From: Eimeria praecox
Taxonomy: Eukaryota
Direction: 5' to 3'
Assembly (NCBI GenBank): GCA_963920595.1
Contig: OY986947.1
Span: 2,914,001 to 2,978,000, forward strand
Length of the DNA: 64,000 nucleotides
The translations under genes and the position numbers were made by a program. Below, piece after piece: positions 1-11,612 of this stretch. Numbering within the stretch: the stretch's first letter is position 1; each line of letters opens with the position of its first letter. The notes below the pieces were generated by a model, which had not been told where the DNA came from, did not search any database, and was given only the letters and a program-made list of their open reading frames with translations.

Positions 1-300
1 TTAAATCAATTTGATCGAGAGAGGTCGTGCAGCCACGGCGGACAGCAGCAATGACGCCTCGCGGCACAACCTGAATAAGAACCCGTCGTCGGCTGCTTGG
101 CCTCAGATCCTGAAAGGCGAAGAAGAATTCTTTATTTTATAAATTACTTGAAGAGGTGTATTAATTTTCAAATGGATTTTGCAAATAAGGGGGAATGTGG
201 CGAAGGCCTCTACGGTCTATGGCCCGAACAAATCGTGGCCTCGTCCACTAGGAAGATGAAAATGAAATATTCTTCTTCTTCCTTCTCAACAACTTCAAAG

Positions 301-2241
301 ATGAGAATGTCTGCCATTTTAATTGGCTGCATCGTAGTGGCCTTTCCTATACCATGCCTGGGGCACTTTCTCCCCGCCACGCTGCGACAGCAGGACCTGC
401 GCCAACACGAATTCAGTATGGATCCTTTCAGCTTTGCAGATGAAGAAATATCTAACAATCAAGAGAAAAAACACGATCTTGCTCGCAGTCTTGGTCTTAT
501 AAATGATGATTTTGAAGATGCAGCTGAGGACGAAAGAACAAGGAACTCCTCCTCTGGAAGCCACGGCGAGTTGGCAGAATGGTATGCAGGGGTTCTCGAG
601 AAACTTGAACGTATAACTAGACACGAAGATCCAGATCAGGAATGGGTGAATATACACCTCGAACCGGCTGTTGTCGATCGTGGTGATGAGCTGCCAGCAA
701 CTCCTTGGAGAATCTCTCATACATCTCGTTTCCGCCCTACCTTTCAGGACGAGCCACCTGGCCTTCATTCTGCTTTACAAATCGCAGCTAAGGAAGGCTC
801 TAAAGCGCATGCAGCTTCTTCCTCAGCAAACATGTCGCTGCTACAGGAGGCTGGAGAAACGGAGAAGGCGCGGAAATCATCAGAAACTGCACATGCAGGC
901 CTCAAGGGAAGCCATTTAAATGGAAATATGTTCGCTAAAGGAGTGGGAGATTTTCAGGTAATTGAAGAGGAAAATGCATTGGATACGGATTCTATTGTTA
1001 CTATTTTGTACAATTTCCCTCTACAGACGATGGAAAGCAAGCAAATTGCCTTTGTTGTTGTGGCACTTCCACCCAAGTATGTAACAAGGGAAGGCGACGC
1101 CATATGCGATTCCACAGATCCTGAGATGCCTCCTTTGAAGTGTTCAACAAGAAAAGCCTATATGAAGAATAGACCTGGGAGTTTAAGCACTTTCGTAACG
1201 ATTTCTAGTGCAGATAGTTCAAGAAGTCTGCCGCTGGGTCGACATTCGTTTCGTTTAGCTGTACATACACCTCAGGAAACGCTTTCAGTAGAGCAGCCAG
1301 CAAACTGGTGGTTTGCTACTTTCCGTTTCACTGGAGGCCACGCCATCACTAAACACTGGGAAAATCGGAAATTAATAAGCAAAAGAGGCTGCATATGGGG
1401 GGAATGGAGACAAGAAACTCCTTGCAGCACTACGTGTGGTGGCGGTTTCGAGGTGTGGAGCCGCAGTCTGTATGCAGGGGAAAGCGAAGAACTTTGCGGT
1501 GGTTCGTTCATGAAAAGACGTTGTCAAGCTCATGAATGTAGTTTAAACTGTCAGCTTGGTGAATGGGAGACGATGGCAGACTGTACAAAGAGTTGTCAGG
1601 CTACAGAAAATGATGCTTTCAAGATACGAATACGGAAAGTTCTAATGGATCGAAGAGGATTTGGTAGTTCTTGTGCTGAAATGCATCCATGGGATGCAGA
1701 TCTTGGTGTTGGATGGAGTGAAAAGATGCAAGCTGTTGTAAGTTTATCGCCTTGTGCAGAAAAATTTAAACAAGCTTGTCCCGAAATGTTAGGATGCCGT
1801 GTTGAAGAAACCAACACTCGAACTATCCCAGATGCCTTTCCTTGGGGGGCTTGTCCCTTTCCTTGTGGTGGATTTGGCCGTATAACTTCTATTGTTCAAG
1901 TTGCAAATGGCATACCACGTTGGATAGGAGAGAAACAATTTCCGGAAAGCTTTCAAATACCCTGTAGAGCAGATAAAGAACCCCTCGTCTCTACTCGCCC
2001 ATGTAACACAGAAGCCTGTGAAGATTGTTCTGTATATATTGAAAACCCTATCTTCGGAAGAGCAACACGAGCATGGTTTTTCTTTCTCCCTACAACTGAG
2101 GCAGACAGTGTAGAGGTTACAGCTCCTCGTGGGGTTCGCATCATTCAGAGTGCGCCTGCAGGAGCAACAGAAGCAACAACAACAACAACAGCAGCAGCAG
2201 AATCAGCAGGTCCTCAATCCGAGCAGCAACAACAGGAGCAA

Positions 2242-2279
<38 letters not shown>

Positions 2280-2626
2280 GGAACAGGAGGAGCAGCAGCA
2301 GCAACAGCAATTCAAGGTTTCTCCTCTATCTTCAGTCTTACCTGCTGCTGCAAGTAAAGCTCATGCGTTGCCTGTTGCTGCAGTGTCTCCTGAGCAGCTT
2401 CTCTCTTCTAAAGACCGCTTAGGAACATGTAGAGATATCGCTACCTCCTTCGGTCAAATCTCTTCTTGTAAGGTTTATTCTTCTCGCCATTATGCAAACT
2501 CTGAAGCTGCTTTACTAAGATTAGCAGCAGTCATCGAGCCTGCAGCTGTGGGGCCACAGCCTCCATCCAGCAGCAGCAGCAGCCATACCAGCAGCAGAAA
2601 ACCCACACTCACCACCAGCAGCACCC

Positions 2627-2669
<43 letters not shown>

Positions 2670-3041
2670 GCGGCCTCAATGGTTCGCCTTACCTGTATTA
2701 TTAGGATCAAGAGAAGATATGGAAGATGCAGGAAATTTCTACTTATGGTTGACAAGAAGTAAATATCCAAATGATCCTGAGGTCTTTAAATGCCATTTAA
2801 GAACAAGTTTATCTCTTCCAAGACGATGTAAATTTTCTTATAGACCTAAAAACCCTAAAGATTGTTTACAATGTTTCTCGGGTGTATTCAAACAAATAGA
2901 AACATATAGAAAATTTATACCAAGTCAATTTGGAGGCTCTTGTCAAATACCTCATGAATTACAACATACACAAGAAACACTCGTTAAAACTACTTGTATT
3001 AAAGGATGTAGTCAAATGGGACAGCAACAAATCGCTGCTGC

Positions 3042-3074
<33 letters not shown>

Positions 3075-3282
3075 TGCTGCTGCTGCTGGTGGTGGTGTTG
3101 AAGCAGCAAAAGAAGGAGCTGCAGCTGCTGCAACAACAGAAGAAATAGAGAAAGAAAAGAAAACAACAACATCTACACCAACTCCTAGCTTTAAATTACC
3201 TTCGAGTTTACAGAGAATTAGTAGAAAAGATCTTCTCGATTTCTTAAGTAAAAGAAGAAAAATAAAAACAAAAGCACCAACA

Positions 3283-3319
<37 letters not shown>

Positions 3320-4163
3320 GTGCTGCTGCTCCTGGTGGTGCTGCTGCAGCAGAAGAAGAAATACTCCTACCTGTTGATGACACAGCAATGCCCATCATTG
3401 AAAAGGCTCAGCTAAAGCAGCAGCAGCAACAACAGCAGCAACAGCAGCAAGAACAGAAACAGCAGGAAGAGAAGCAGCAGAAAGCTGAAGAGGGTCGTGC
3501 AAAGGAAGGAGAAGCAGCAGCAGCAGCAACAACAGCAGCAGAAGAAAAAGAAAAGCCAGCCAAAGAAACTGCAGCAGAAGCAGCTCCCCTAACAGCAGCA
3601 GCAGCAGCAGCAAAACCAGCAGCAGAGCAACCACGACCAGCTGAAGCAGCACCACCAACAACAGCAGCAACAACAGCAGCAACAACAGCAGCACCAGCAG
3701 CAGAAGAGAAGCCTAGTCCTCCTCCGGCATCAGAGGAAGAGGAAAGTAAAGCAGCTCCCCCTGCTGCTGCTCCTGCTGCTGCTGCTCCTCCTGCTGCTCC
3801 TGCTGCTGCTGCTGCTGCAGAATCAGCAGCAGAAGCAGCAGAGGAAGGGGCAGCAGAATCAACTGCAGCAGCAGCTGAACCAGCAGCAGCAGCAGCTGAA
3901 ACAACAGCAGAAGCAGCAGAATCAGCAGCAGAATCTGCAGCAGCAGCACCAGAGCCAGCAGCAGAGGAGCGTGCTGTGCCTGCTGCTGCTGCTGCTGCTG
4001 CTGCCGAAGGTGAGGGCGAAAGTGCAGCAGCTTCTGAAGAGAAGGAGACGAAGACAACAACAGCAGCAGAAGAGAAGGAGACAGCTGCTGCAGCTGCCTC
4101 CTCTCAGGCCCAAGAAGAAGCAGCAGCAAGCAGCGAGGAAGCAACAGAAAGGGAAGGTGCAGC

Positions 4164-4199
<36 letters not shown>

Positions 4200-4281
4200 A
4201 GAGACAGAAGAAAAAGAAGAAGCATCAGAAGAAGAAAAAGAAGAAGCAGAAAGCCCAGCAGAAGAAGAAAGCTCTGAGTGA
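301..4281 (+). CDS. Secreted thrombospondin type-1 (TSR) domain protein with long Ala/Glu/Gln low-complexity C-terminal tail
   Basis: Single long ORF (97..4281, track start is TTG). In-frame ATG at 301 gives a signal-peptide-like N-terminus (MRMSAILIGCIVVAFPIPCLG). TSR signatures: WGEWRQETPCSTTCGGG..WSR, GEWETMADCTKSC..IRIR, WGACPFPCGG. No obvious TM segment. Start codon is inferred. Confidence 0.8.
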
Positions 4282-4319
4282 GCATGAACTGTCATTCTAT
4301 CTCCCGAGATATCCACACC

Positions 4320-4350
<31 letters not shown>

Positions 4351-4501
4351 AGAGATGCAGCAGCAGCAGCAGCAAGACATGCAGCAGCAGCAAGACATGC
4401 AGCAGCAGCAGCAGCAGCAGCATTAGCGAAGGCGTTTGAAATGGGCCATTTTTAGAAAGCTGTTTGAAGCAGCAGCAGCAGCAACAGAAACAAGAGCAGC
4501 A

Positions 4502-4534
<33 letters not shown>

Positions 4535-4768
4535 CTTTGCTCTTTATATATAGTCTTTGTGTTGTGTTTTGTATCTTTAGTTTATTTCTGTCTTTATTGT
4601 CTTTATTTTAAAATGTAAGGAGTCTCATCTTTGTTGTTTTACAGAGATAATCTCCTCTATAAATAAATATAAACAAATAAATTTGATTCGTTTTATTTAA
4701 TTGCTAAGATGCAACTTACAGGGATATGCTGCTTGTGCTGCTGCTGTTGCTGCTGCTGTTGCTGTTGT

Positions 4769-4827
<59 letters not shown>

Positions 4828-4901
4828 TTGCTGTTGCTCTCATGAACAGTCTGTAGCTGTTGCTCCTCTTCTTCTAGCTGTTCCTGCTGCTGCTGCTGCT
4901 A

Positions 4902-4952
<51 letters not shown>

Positions 4953-5518
4953 TTAGCTCAGAGTAGACAAAAATAACGTTCAAGCTGATCACAGCCTGCT
5001 GCCCTCCGGCAGCAGCAGGTTGACACCAGCAACAGCAGCAGCAGCAGCAGCAGCACGAGTTGCAGCAGCAGTAACAGCAGCAACAGTAGCAGGATCAGCA
5101 GGACCAGCAGCAGCAACAGCAGCAACAGCAGCAGCAGCAGCAGTAGCAGCAGCAGAACTGTATCTAGAATGCAGATATCTCCTATGAGTAGAGTCTAATA
5201 TATTTATCTCTATTTCTCCGTCTGTCTTTCTTATTTTTTTTTAATTAATTAATAATAAATAATTAATTGTAGTAATAATAATTAATTAATAATACTATTT
5301 CGCATACATCTCCAAGCTATTTCTCCCATGAACGACCTTAGCAGCAGCAACAGCAGCAGCAGCAACAGCAGCAGCAGCAACAGCAGCAGCAGCAACAACA
5401 AACAGCAATAGCAGCAGTTGAACTAGCCGCAAATGCAGCAGCAGCAACTAACGTAGCAGCAACAGCAGCAGCACTAACAGTGCTGCTGCACTCCTAGTAG
5501 CAGCAGCAACAGCAGCAA

Positions 5519-5565
<47 letters not shown>
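4320..5565. repeat. (CAG)n/(CTG)n trinucleotide tracts between the convergent TSR and AP2 genes
   Basis: CAG-rich ~4320-4530, CTG-rich ~4735-4950, CAG-rich ~5025-5565. Confidence 0.9.
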
Positions 5566-5567
<2 letters not shown>

Positions 5568-5804
5568 GACCTCAAACATTTTTCAACAAAATGAAATGAT
5601 ACTTAAGAGTTTCTGTCTCTGTCTCTTCATTTAAAGGAAGAGATTCGCAGATAAATATAAACAGCAAACAAACTTAGAAAAGAAGAAGTTATTATATATT
5701 TTACCTATGCACATATACACGTTTACAAGTCTGCATCTTTTAAAGTATAGATATATATATAATATATATTATATATATTATATATATTATATATAGGTGT
5801 ATAG

Positions 5805-5923
<119 letters not shown>

Positions 5924-6026
5924 TGCATGCGCTGCGCTGTCTCCGCAGCAAGAGATAACGAAAAAGGTCAGACAGGCTGGCTGCAGCGTAATGCGTGGCC
6001 ACCGACTGCGTTTGTTGCTGAACGAT

Positions 6027-6069
6027 TAGGGTTTAGGGTTTAGGGTTTAGGGTTTAGGGTTTAGGGTTT
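6027..6069 (+). repeat. Interstitial telomere-like (TTTAGGG)n array
   Basis: Six tandem TTTAGGG-type units just downstream of the AP2 stop codon. Confidence 0.95.
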
Positions 6070-6142
6070 ATGGGGCCTGTCTGTCTATAATAATAATATA
6101 CAATACAAGCCGAAACTCTCATTAAGAGGCAGACATAACACG

Positions 6143-6868
6143 CTAATTTCTGTTCGTTGCGTGTTGCTCCGCTGTTAAGCCAACAGAGCAGAAACTGTGT
6201 CTCTGCTGCTGCAGTTGCTGCTGCTGTAACTGCTGCTGCTGCTGCAGCTGTTGCTGTATTGGGTGCACCTGTTGCAACGGATGTTGATGCTGCTGTTGTT
6301 GCTGTTGGTGCTGCTGCTGCTGCTGCTGCTGCTGTTGCTGCTGCTGCGGGGGCGCTCCAAAAGGCTGCATAAGCTGTGGGAGTGCAACGCGTGGCAGCTC
6401 TGTTACGGCAACATGTGCTGTTGCTGCTGCAGGTGCTGCTGCTGCTGCTGCTGCTGCAGGTGCTTCTGCTGCTGCTGCTGCTGCTGTTGCTGTTGCTGTT
6501 GCAAACTGTTTATACTTTGATTCCCCCCTTCGCTTCAGCAGCGCGTCAGAGGCCCCCGACGCTGTCTTTGATCTTTTCGGGGCCCTTGGCTTGCTGCTAG
6601 CTGCTGCTGCAGGTTCTGTCGTGCGCTGTTGCTGTTGCTGCTGCTGCTGCTGCGGTTGCTGTTGCTGCTGCTGTTGCTGCTGCGGTTGCTGTTGCTGCTG
6701 CTGTTGTTGCATTTGCATCATCAGCTGCTGCTGCTGCAGCAACAGCTGCAGCTGCTGCTGTCTTGCAGGGTCTTCTGTATTAGGAGCAACGCCGAGTGCA
6801 ACATCAGGAGAGAAGACAGGAACAGCAGTATTGAATTCCTGGTAAGGGAGGAGCTGCTGCTGCTCATT

Positions 6869-6957
<89 letters not shown>

Positions 6958-8936
6958 TCTTTTTATGGGGCTGGTGGCTGCTGCTAGGGGCTGAAGGAGG
7001 CGAACTAACAACAGCAGCACCTGCAGGAGGAGCTGCATCAGGAGCACGTTGTGCTAAAGCTAGGAGCTCATCAGAAGATAATAAATGAGCAAATTGCATA
7101 TCTGCTTCTGTCTGTCCTGGGGCTTCTCGAAGCCCCAATTCAACTCGCTTCGCGTCATACCTGCATGCAACATATATACCTATAAACCCATATACACCTA
7201 TAAACCCTAAACCCTAAACCCTAAACCCTAAGCCCTAAACAATTAATATTTCATAATTTATTATTCATAATTAAACAGAAAAAAAGAAAAAAAAAGATAG
7301 ACGTTCTAAGGCTGCCTCAGAAGAGCTGCCGCTACGCTTGCAAGTCAATCCTAACTTCCTAGGGTTTAGGGTTTAGGGTTTACGGTTTAGGGTTGAAGTT
7401 TTAGGGTTTAGGGTTTAGGGTTTAGGGGCCAGCCAACGGCGTTTTGGTGTGCACTGTTGAATCCTAACATCTTAGGGTTTAGGGTTTAGGGTTTAGGGTT
7501 TAGGGTTTACGGTTTGCTAACCACTCGAGTGCTTTCTTATATGTTGAATCCTAACTTCTTAGGGTTTAGGGTTTAGGGTTTAGGGTTAAGGGTTTAGGGT
7601 CTAGACTCTGCTAGTCAGTTAAGTTTCTTTTGATGCGAGCCTTCGAATCCTAACACTTTAGGCTTTAGGGTTTAGGGTTTAGGGTTTAGGGTTTAGGGTT
7701 TGCTGACAACTCGAGTGCATTTTGCTATGCGCCTTCGAGTCCTCACTTTAACACTTTAAGGTTTATAATGTTTAGGCCTTAGGATTTAGAATTTAGGGTT
7801 TAACATTTAGGGTTTAGGGTTTAGGGTTTAGGGTTTAGGGTTTAGGGTTTAGGGTTATCTGACCAGTCGAGGGCTTTCTGATGTGCTCCTTCAAACCCGA
7901 ATTTCTTAACAGAGAAGGAGGCTCTGTGTCTGCCGTTGTGTCTCGTCACACAAACACTCCACTTCTGACTGCGGCTATCATATACTACACCTGGGGGGCG
8001 ACGCCCAATCTGTTCACACAAACCCTAAACCCTAAACCCTAAACCCTAAACCCTAAACCCTAGACCCTACGTTTCCTGCCTTTCCAGCCACACCTCAACA
8101 GCAACCCTCCTCCCCAAGATCCCGATCCCAAACCCCCCCCGACCGTTTAGGGTTGTTTAGAGTTTCTATGGTTTTCTATGGTTTTCTATGGTTTTCTAGG
8201 GTTTTCTAGGGTTTTCTAGGGTTTTGTAGGGTTAAGGACCTTCATGAGGGTTTGTACAGCCTGTCTATGTGCTTCTCTTGCCCCTAGTGGTTCTATTAAA
8301 CATTTTCTACGTTGAAAAACTCCGTCACGAAGACGCCACAGAGCATAGAAGCAGAAAGCGCTCGGATCATAGACAACTGAGGGGCATGCAGGTAGCTGCT
8401 GCTGCTGCAGCAGCAATTCTACTTCTGCTGCTGATAGAGGAGGGTCTTCGCGAGGCTGAGGCACAGACCACCAATCATCATCTGTTGCTGCTGCTGCTCC
8501 TGCTGCTGTCCCTCCTCCTGCTGCTGCTGCTGCTGCTGTTGTTGTTGTTGTTGTTGTTGTTGTGCCTGCTGCTGCTGAGCCTGAGCTTGATCCTGATGCT
8601 GCTGCTGCTGCTGCTGCTGATCCAGCTCCTGCTGCTGCTGTTGCTTCAGCTTTCACTGCTGCTTCCGCTGCTGCTGCAGCTGGGACTGGAGCTGCTGCTG
8701 TTGCTGCTGCTGCTGCAGCGGGTCCCCCAGCCAATTCACCCCTACACTGCTGCTGCGACAGAACCGGCGATGAGCTTAAGCTGCTGTTTGCTGCTGCTGT
8801 TGCGGCTGCTGCTGCTGCTGCTGCTGTCGGACCTGCTGCTGCTGATCCTGCTGTTGTTGAACGGCGTGATTTGGGGATGGGCTGACGCTGCTGCTGGTGC
8901 TTTTGTTGCTGTTTCTGTTTCTGCTGCTGCGGTTGT

Positions 8937-8971
<35 letters not shown>

Positions 8972-9137
8972 TTGTTGCTGCTCTTCAGCAGCAGCAGCAG
9001 CAGCAGCAGCAGCAAATCCCTCCTCCCTTCCTTGAAAAGGCAGCACCGGACTCAGCTGCCTGTGAGGCTGCAGCAGCTCTTCATTAAACGAAATGCAGCT
9101 AACACTCTCCGTTGGCCCCTGGGCAAACACAGCAGCC

Positions 9138-9188
<51 letters not shown>

Positions 9189-9705
9189 GAACAGGGCAGC
9201 TGCAGCGAGAAGGGAGCTGGGAGAGGAGCAACAAGAGGCCCCTCAGGAGAAAGATGAGCTGTTGTCTGTTCCTCTTCTGCTCCTGCTGCTGCTGCTGCTG
9301 CTCCTGCTGCTGCTGCTGGCTGCTGCTGTGTCTTAGCAGCAGGAGCAGCAGCACAGAATCCAGACATAGGAGACAGAAATGGAGCTGCAGCAGCAGCAGC
9401 AGCAGCAGGCGGTGGCGTCCCTTCTAAGGGCCAGACAGCCGCCACAGACGAACTCTCTCCTATAGCAGCAGCAGCTGCTGCTGCTGCGCTCGCATCACAC
9501 AGAAACAACCTACGGCTGTCTCAGCAGCAGCAGCAGCAGCAGCAGTAGCAGCAGCAGCAAGAGCAACAACAGCAGCAACACGAGCAGCAGCAAGTGCAAC
9601 GGAAGCAGCAGCAGCAGACGCACTGTGAGGAGAGGCTGGTGTTTGAAGACTGGCTTCAAAAGGAGTAGATCCGTCGCCTTCTGTCTTTGTTCTGCTGCTC
9701 CAGTC

Positions 9706-9737
<32 letters not shown>

Positions 9738-10037
9738 TTGCTGCTGCTGCTGTTGCTGCAGGTAAACCCCACCCAACAGATGAGGAGTTTAAAGATACAC
9801 GCCTACTGCTGCTGCTGCCGCTGCTGCTGCTGCTGCTGCACCGCGTCCCCAATGTATCCATACCTGACTCTGCTGCTGCTGCTGCTGCTGCTGCTGCAGC
9901 TGGCGTTGCAAGAGCAGCAAGAGAAGATCTACAGTGATCACCTTCGAGGTGATGTGGTCCTGTAAGCTTCCTTTTCTGCTGCGCTGTCCTCCTGTTGCTG
10001 CTGCTGCTGCTGCTGCTGCTGTGTGCCCCTGTTGCTC

Positions 10038-10069
<32 letters not shown>

Positions 10070-10103
10070 TGATCCACAGCAACAGCAGGATCACCACCAC
10101 CAC

Positions 10104-10145
<42 letters not shown>

Positions 10146-10423
10146 GAACAGCATCTCTCTTGTTGAGTGTGGGTTGAGGGTCATCAAGCACTAGATGAGA
10201 GACAGGCGGATCTGGAGATAGCATATAACGAAGTCGAAAAGATAATAGAAAATGTATATCGTCTAATTTTAAACAAACATCATCAATTATAGCCCCTCCA
10301 CCACCTGCTGCTGCTGCTGCTGCTGCTACTGTTGCTGCTGCTGCTGCTGCTGCTGGGGATGATCCGTTTAGATGTTCTCCTTCAGGATCTTCCTCTTCTT
10401 CATGATGAACTAGAAGTTGTTGC

Positions 10424-10461
<38 letters not shown>

Positions 10462-10847
10462 CAGCATCATACACTTTGCTAGGACGTTTTCAACAGCAGT
10501 TTTGAGAGAAGGACAAGTGGATATACTGCTATTGGCAGCAGAGAATAAACAGTTTAATACATCTAAATACGGCTGAAGCTCTTCAAACGATGCAGCAGCA
10601 GAAACAAATCGAAGATGTCGATAATACGCTAACCCCGGCATCCCCCCTAAAGCTGCGTCTCTCCAGGACGGTCTTATTACCCCCAAACCTTCTATTGTCA
10701 TCCGACAGATATCTTTCTGCTGCAGGAATGTATTCTTACCTATCAAGCCTTCTCCGGGATCTGCTGCTGCTGCTGCTGCTGCAACAGCAGCAGCAGCAGC
10801 AGATGCTGCTGCTGCTGATGAGGCTGGGGCTGGTCCGGGTGGTCCCC

Positions 10848-10881
<34 letters not shown>

Positions 10882-11132
10882 AACAGTAGAAGCAGAAGAA
10901 CACGAGTTCTCAAGACCCTGAGACATCCAACCTTCTGTTAAACTACCTAAGGTGTCTGTCTCCTCTACACAAACTGGTAAGGGAGGGCCGAGAGATGTGC
11001 TGCTGTTGCGAGAGGCAGCAGCAGCAGCAGCAGCAGCAGACAGCATCGATAAAGCTGAACCCAAACACTCCCCAGGACCCTCTTCTGATGCACCTATGCA
11101 CCCATCCTGCAGCTGCAGCAACAGCAGCACAA

Positions 11133-11166
<34 letters not shown>

Positions 11167-11612
11167 CATAAGAGAAATATCGTCAGGGGTAAAAAAGACA
11201 TGCAACAACACACACAGCCATTCCTGCATCCAACCCATCAACAACAAAAACAACAACCACTGCAGCAGCAAGAGCAGCAGCAGCAGCTGCTGCTGCTGCA
11301 GCAGCAGCAGCAGCAGCAAGAGGAGCAGCAGCTCACAGAGTTGAGATGTGCTTCTGGTGAGTGCGGAGCAGAGGGAGGCTGAGCCTCAGGGTCCACAGCC
11401 ACAGCAGCACTTGAGGCTCCTAGGGGGACACCCAAAGAAGACCCAAGTCTAGGAGGTGCAGGAAGAAGAGCATTTGTGTTTGAGGGAGATGGTTCGCTAG
11501 CAAATGTTGTTGAAGGTGTCGAGACACCCCAATTAACACGAGGACTCAACAATTCATCTGGCAGCAAGAGGGATCCATCCCCTTCCTTCTCCGATATGCC
11601 CAGCTGCTGCAT
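6143..11612 (-). CDS. ApiAP2 transcription factor (N-terminal ACDC-like region, two tandem AP2 domains), ~1418 aa, 5 exons
   Basis: Proposed exons 11612-11337, 11106-9510, 9459-8240, 8009-7864, 7160-6143, all GT-AG and phase-consistent; the 50-nt intron 9460-9509 and the start codon are least certain. AP2-1: LPACPSVVYDPSAFCFYALWRLRDGVFQRRKCLIEPLGAREAHRQAV. AP2-2 (not in ORF track): PPGVVYDSRSQKWSVCVTRHNGRHRASFSVKKFGFEGAHQKALDWY. ACDC-like HLRFVSAAASFEELQPYLDVL within ~10470-10735. Confidence 0.8.
7190..7856. repeat. Intronic telomere-like arrays interspersed with ~50-bp degenerate exon-derived units
   Basis: AAACCCT tract at ~7200-7240; AGGGTTT blocks at 7360-7856 separated by related spacers (see findings). 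Confidence 0.9.
8021..8232. repeat. Intronic (AAACCCT)n array plus variant 10-mer (GGTTTTCTAT/G)n
   Basis: Direct reading of AP2 intron 3. Confidence 0.9.

Noticed and set aside
7311..7860. CRISPR-like repeat/spacer appearance
   Set aside because: Repeats are telomeric heptamers of variable number, the spacers are homologous to each other and to the adjacent exon, the DNA is eukaryotic, and there are no cas genes.
8269..9427. Antisense poly-Leu ORFs over the AP2 gene (similar ones over TSR, RAP and RSM22)
   Set aside because: Shadow frames of CAG repeats, which lack stop codons.
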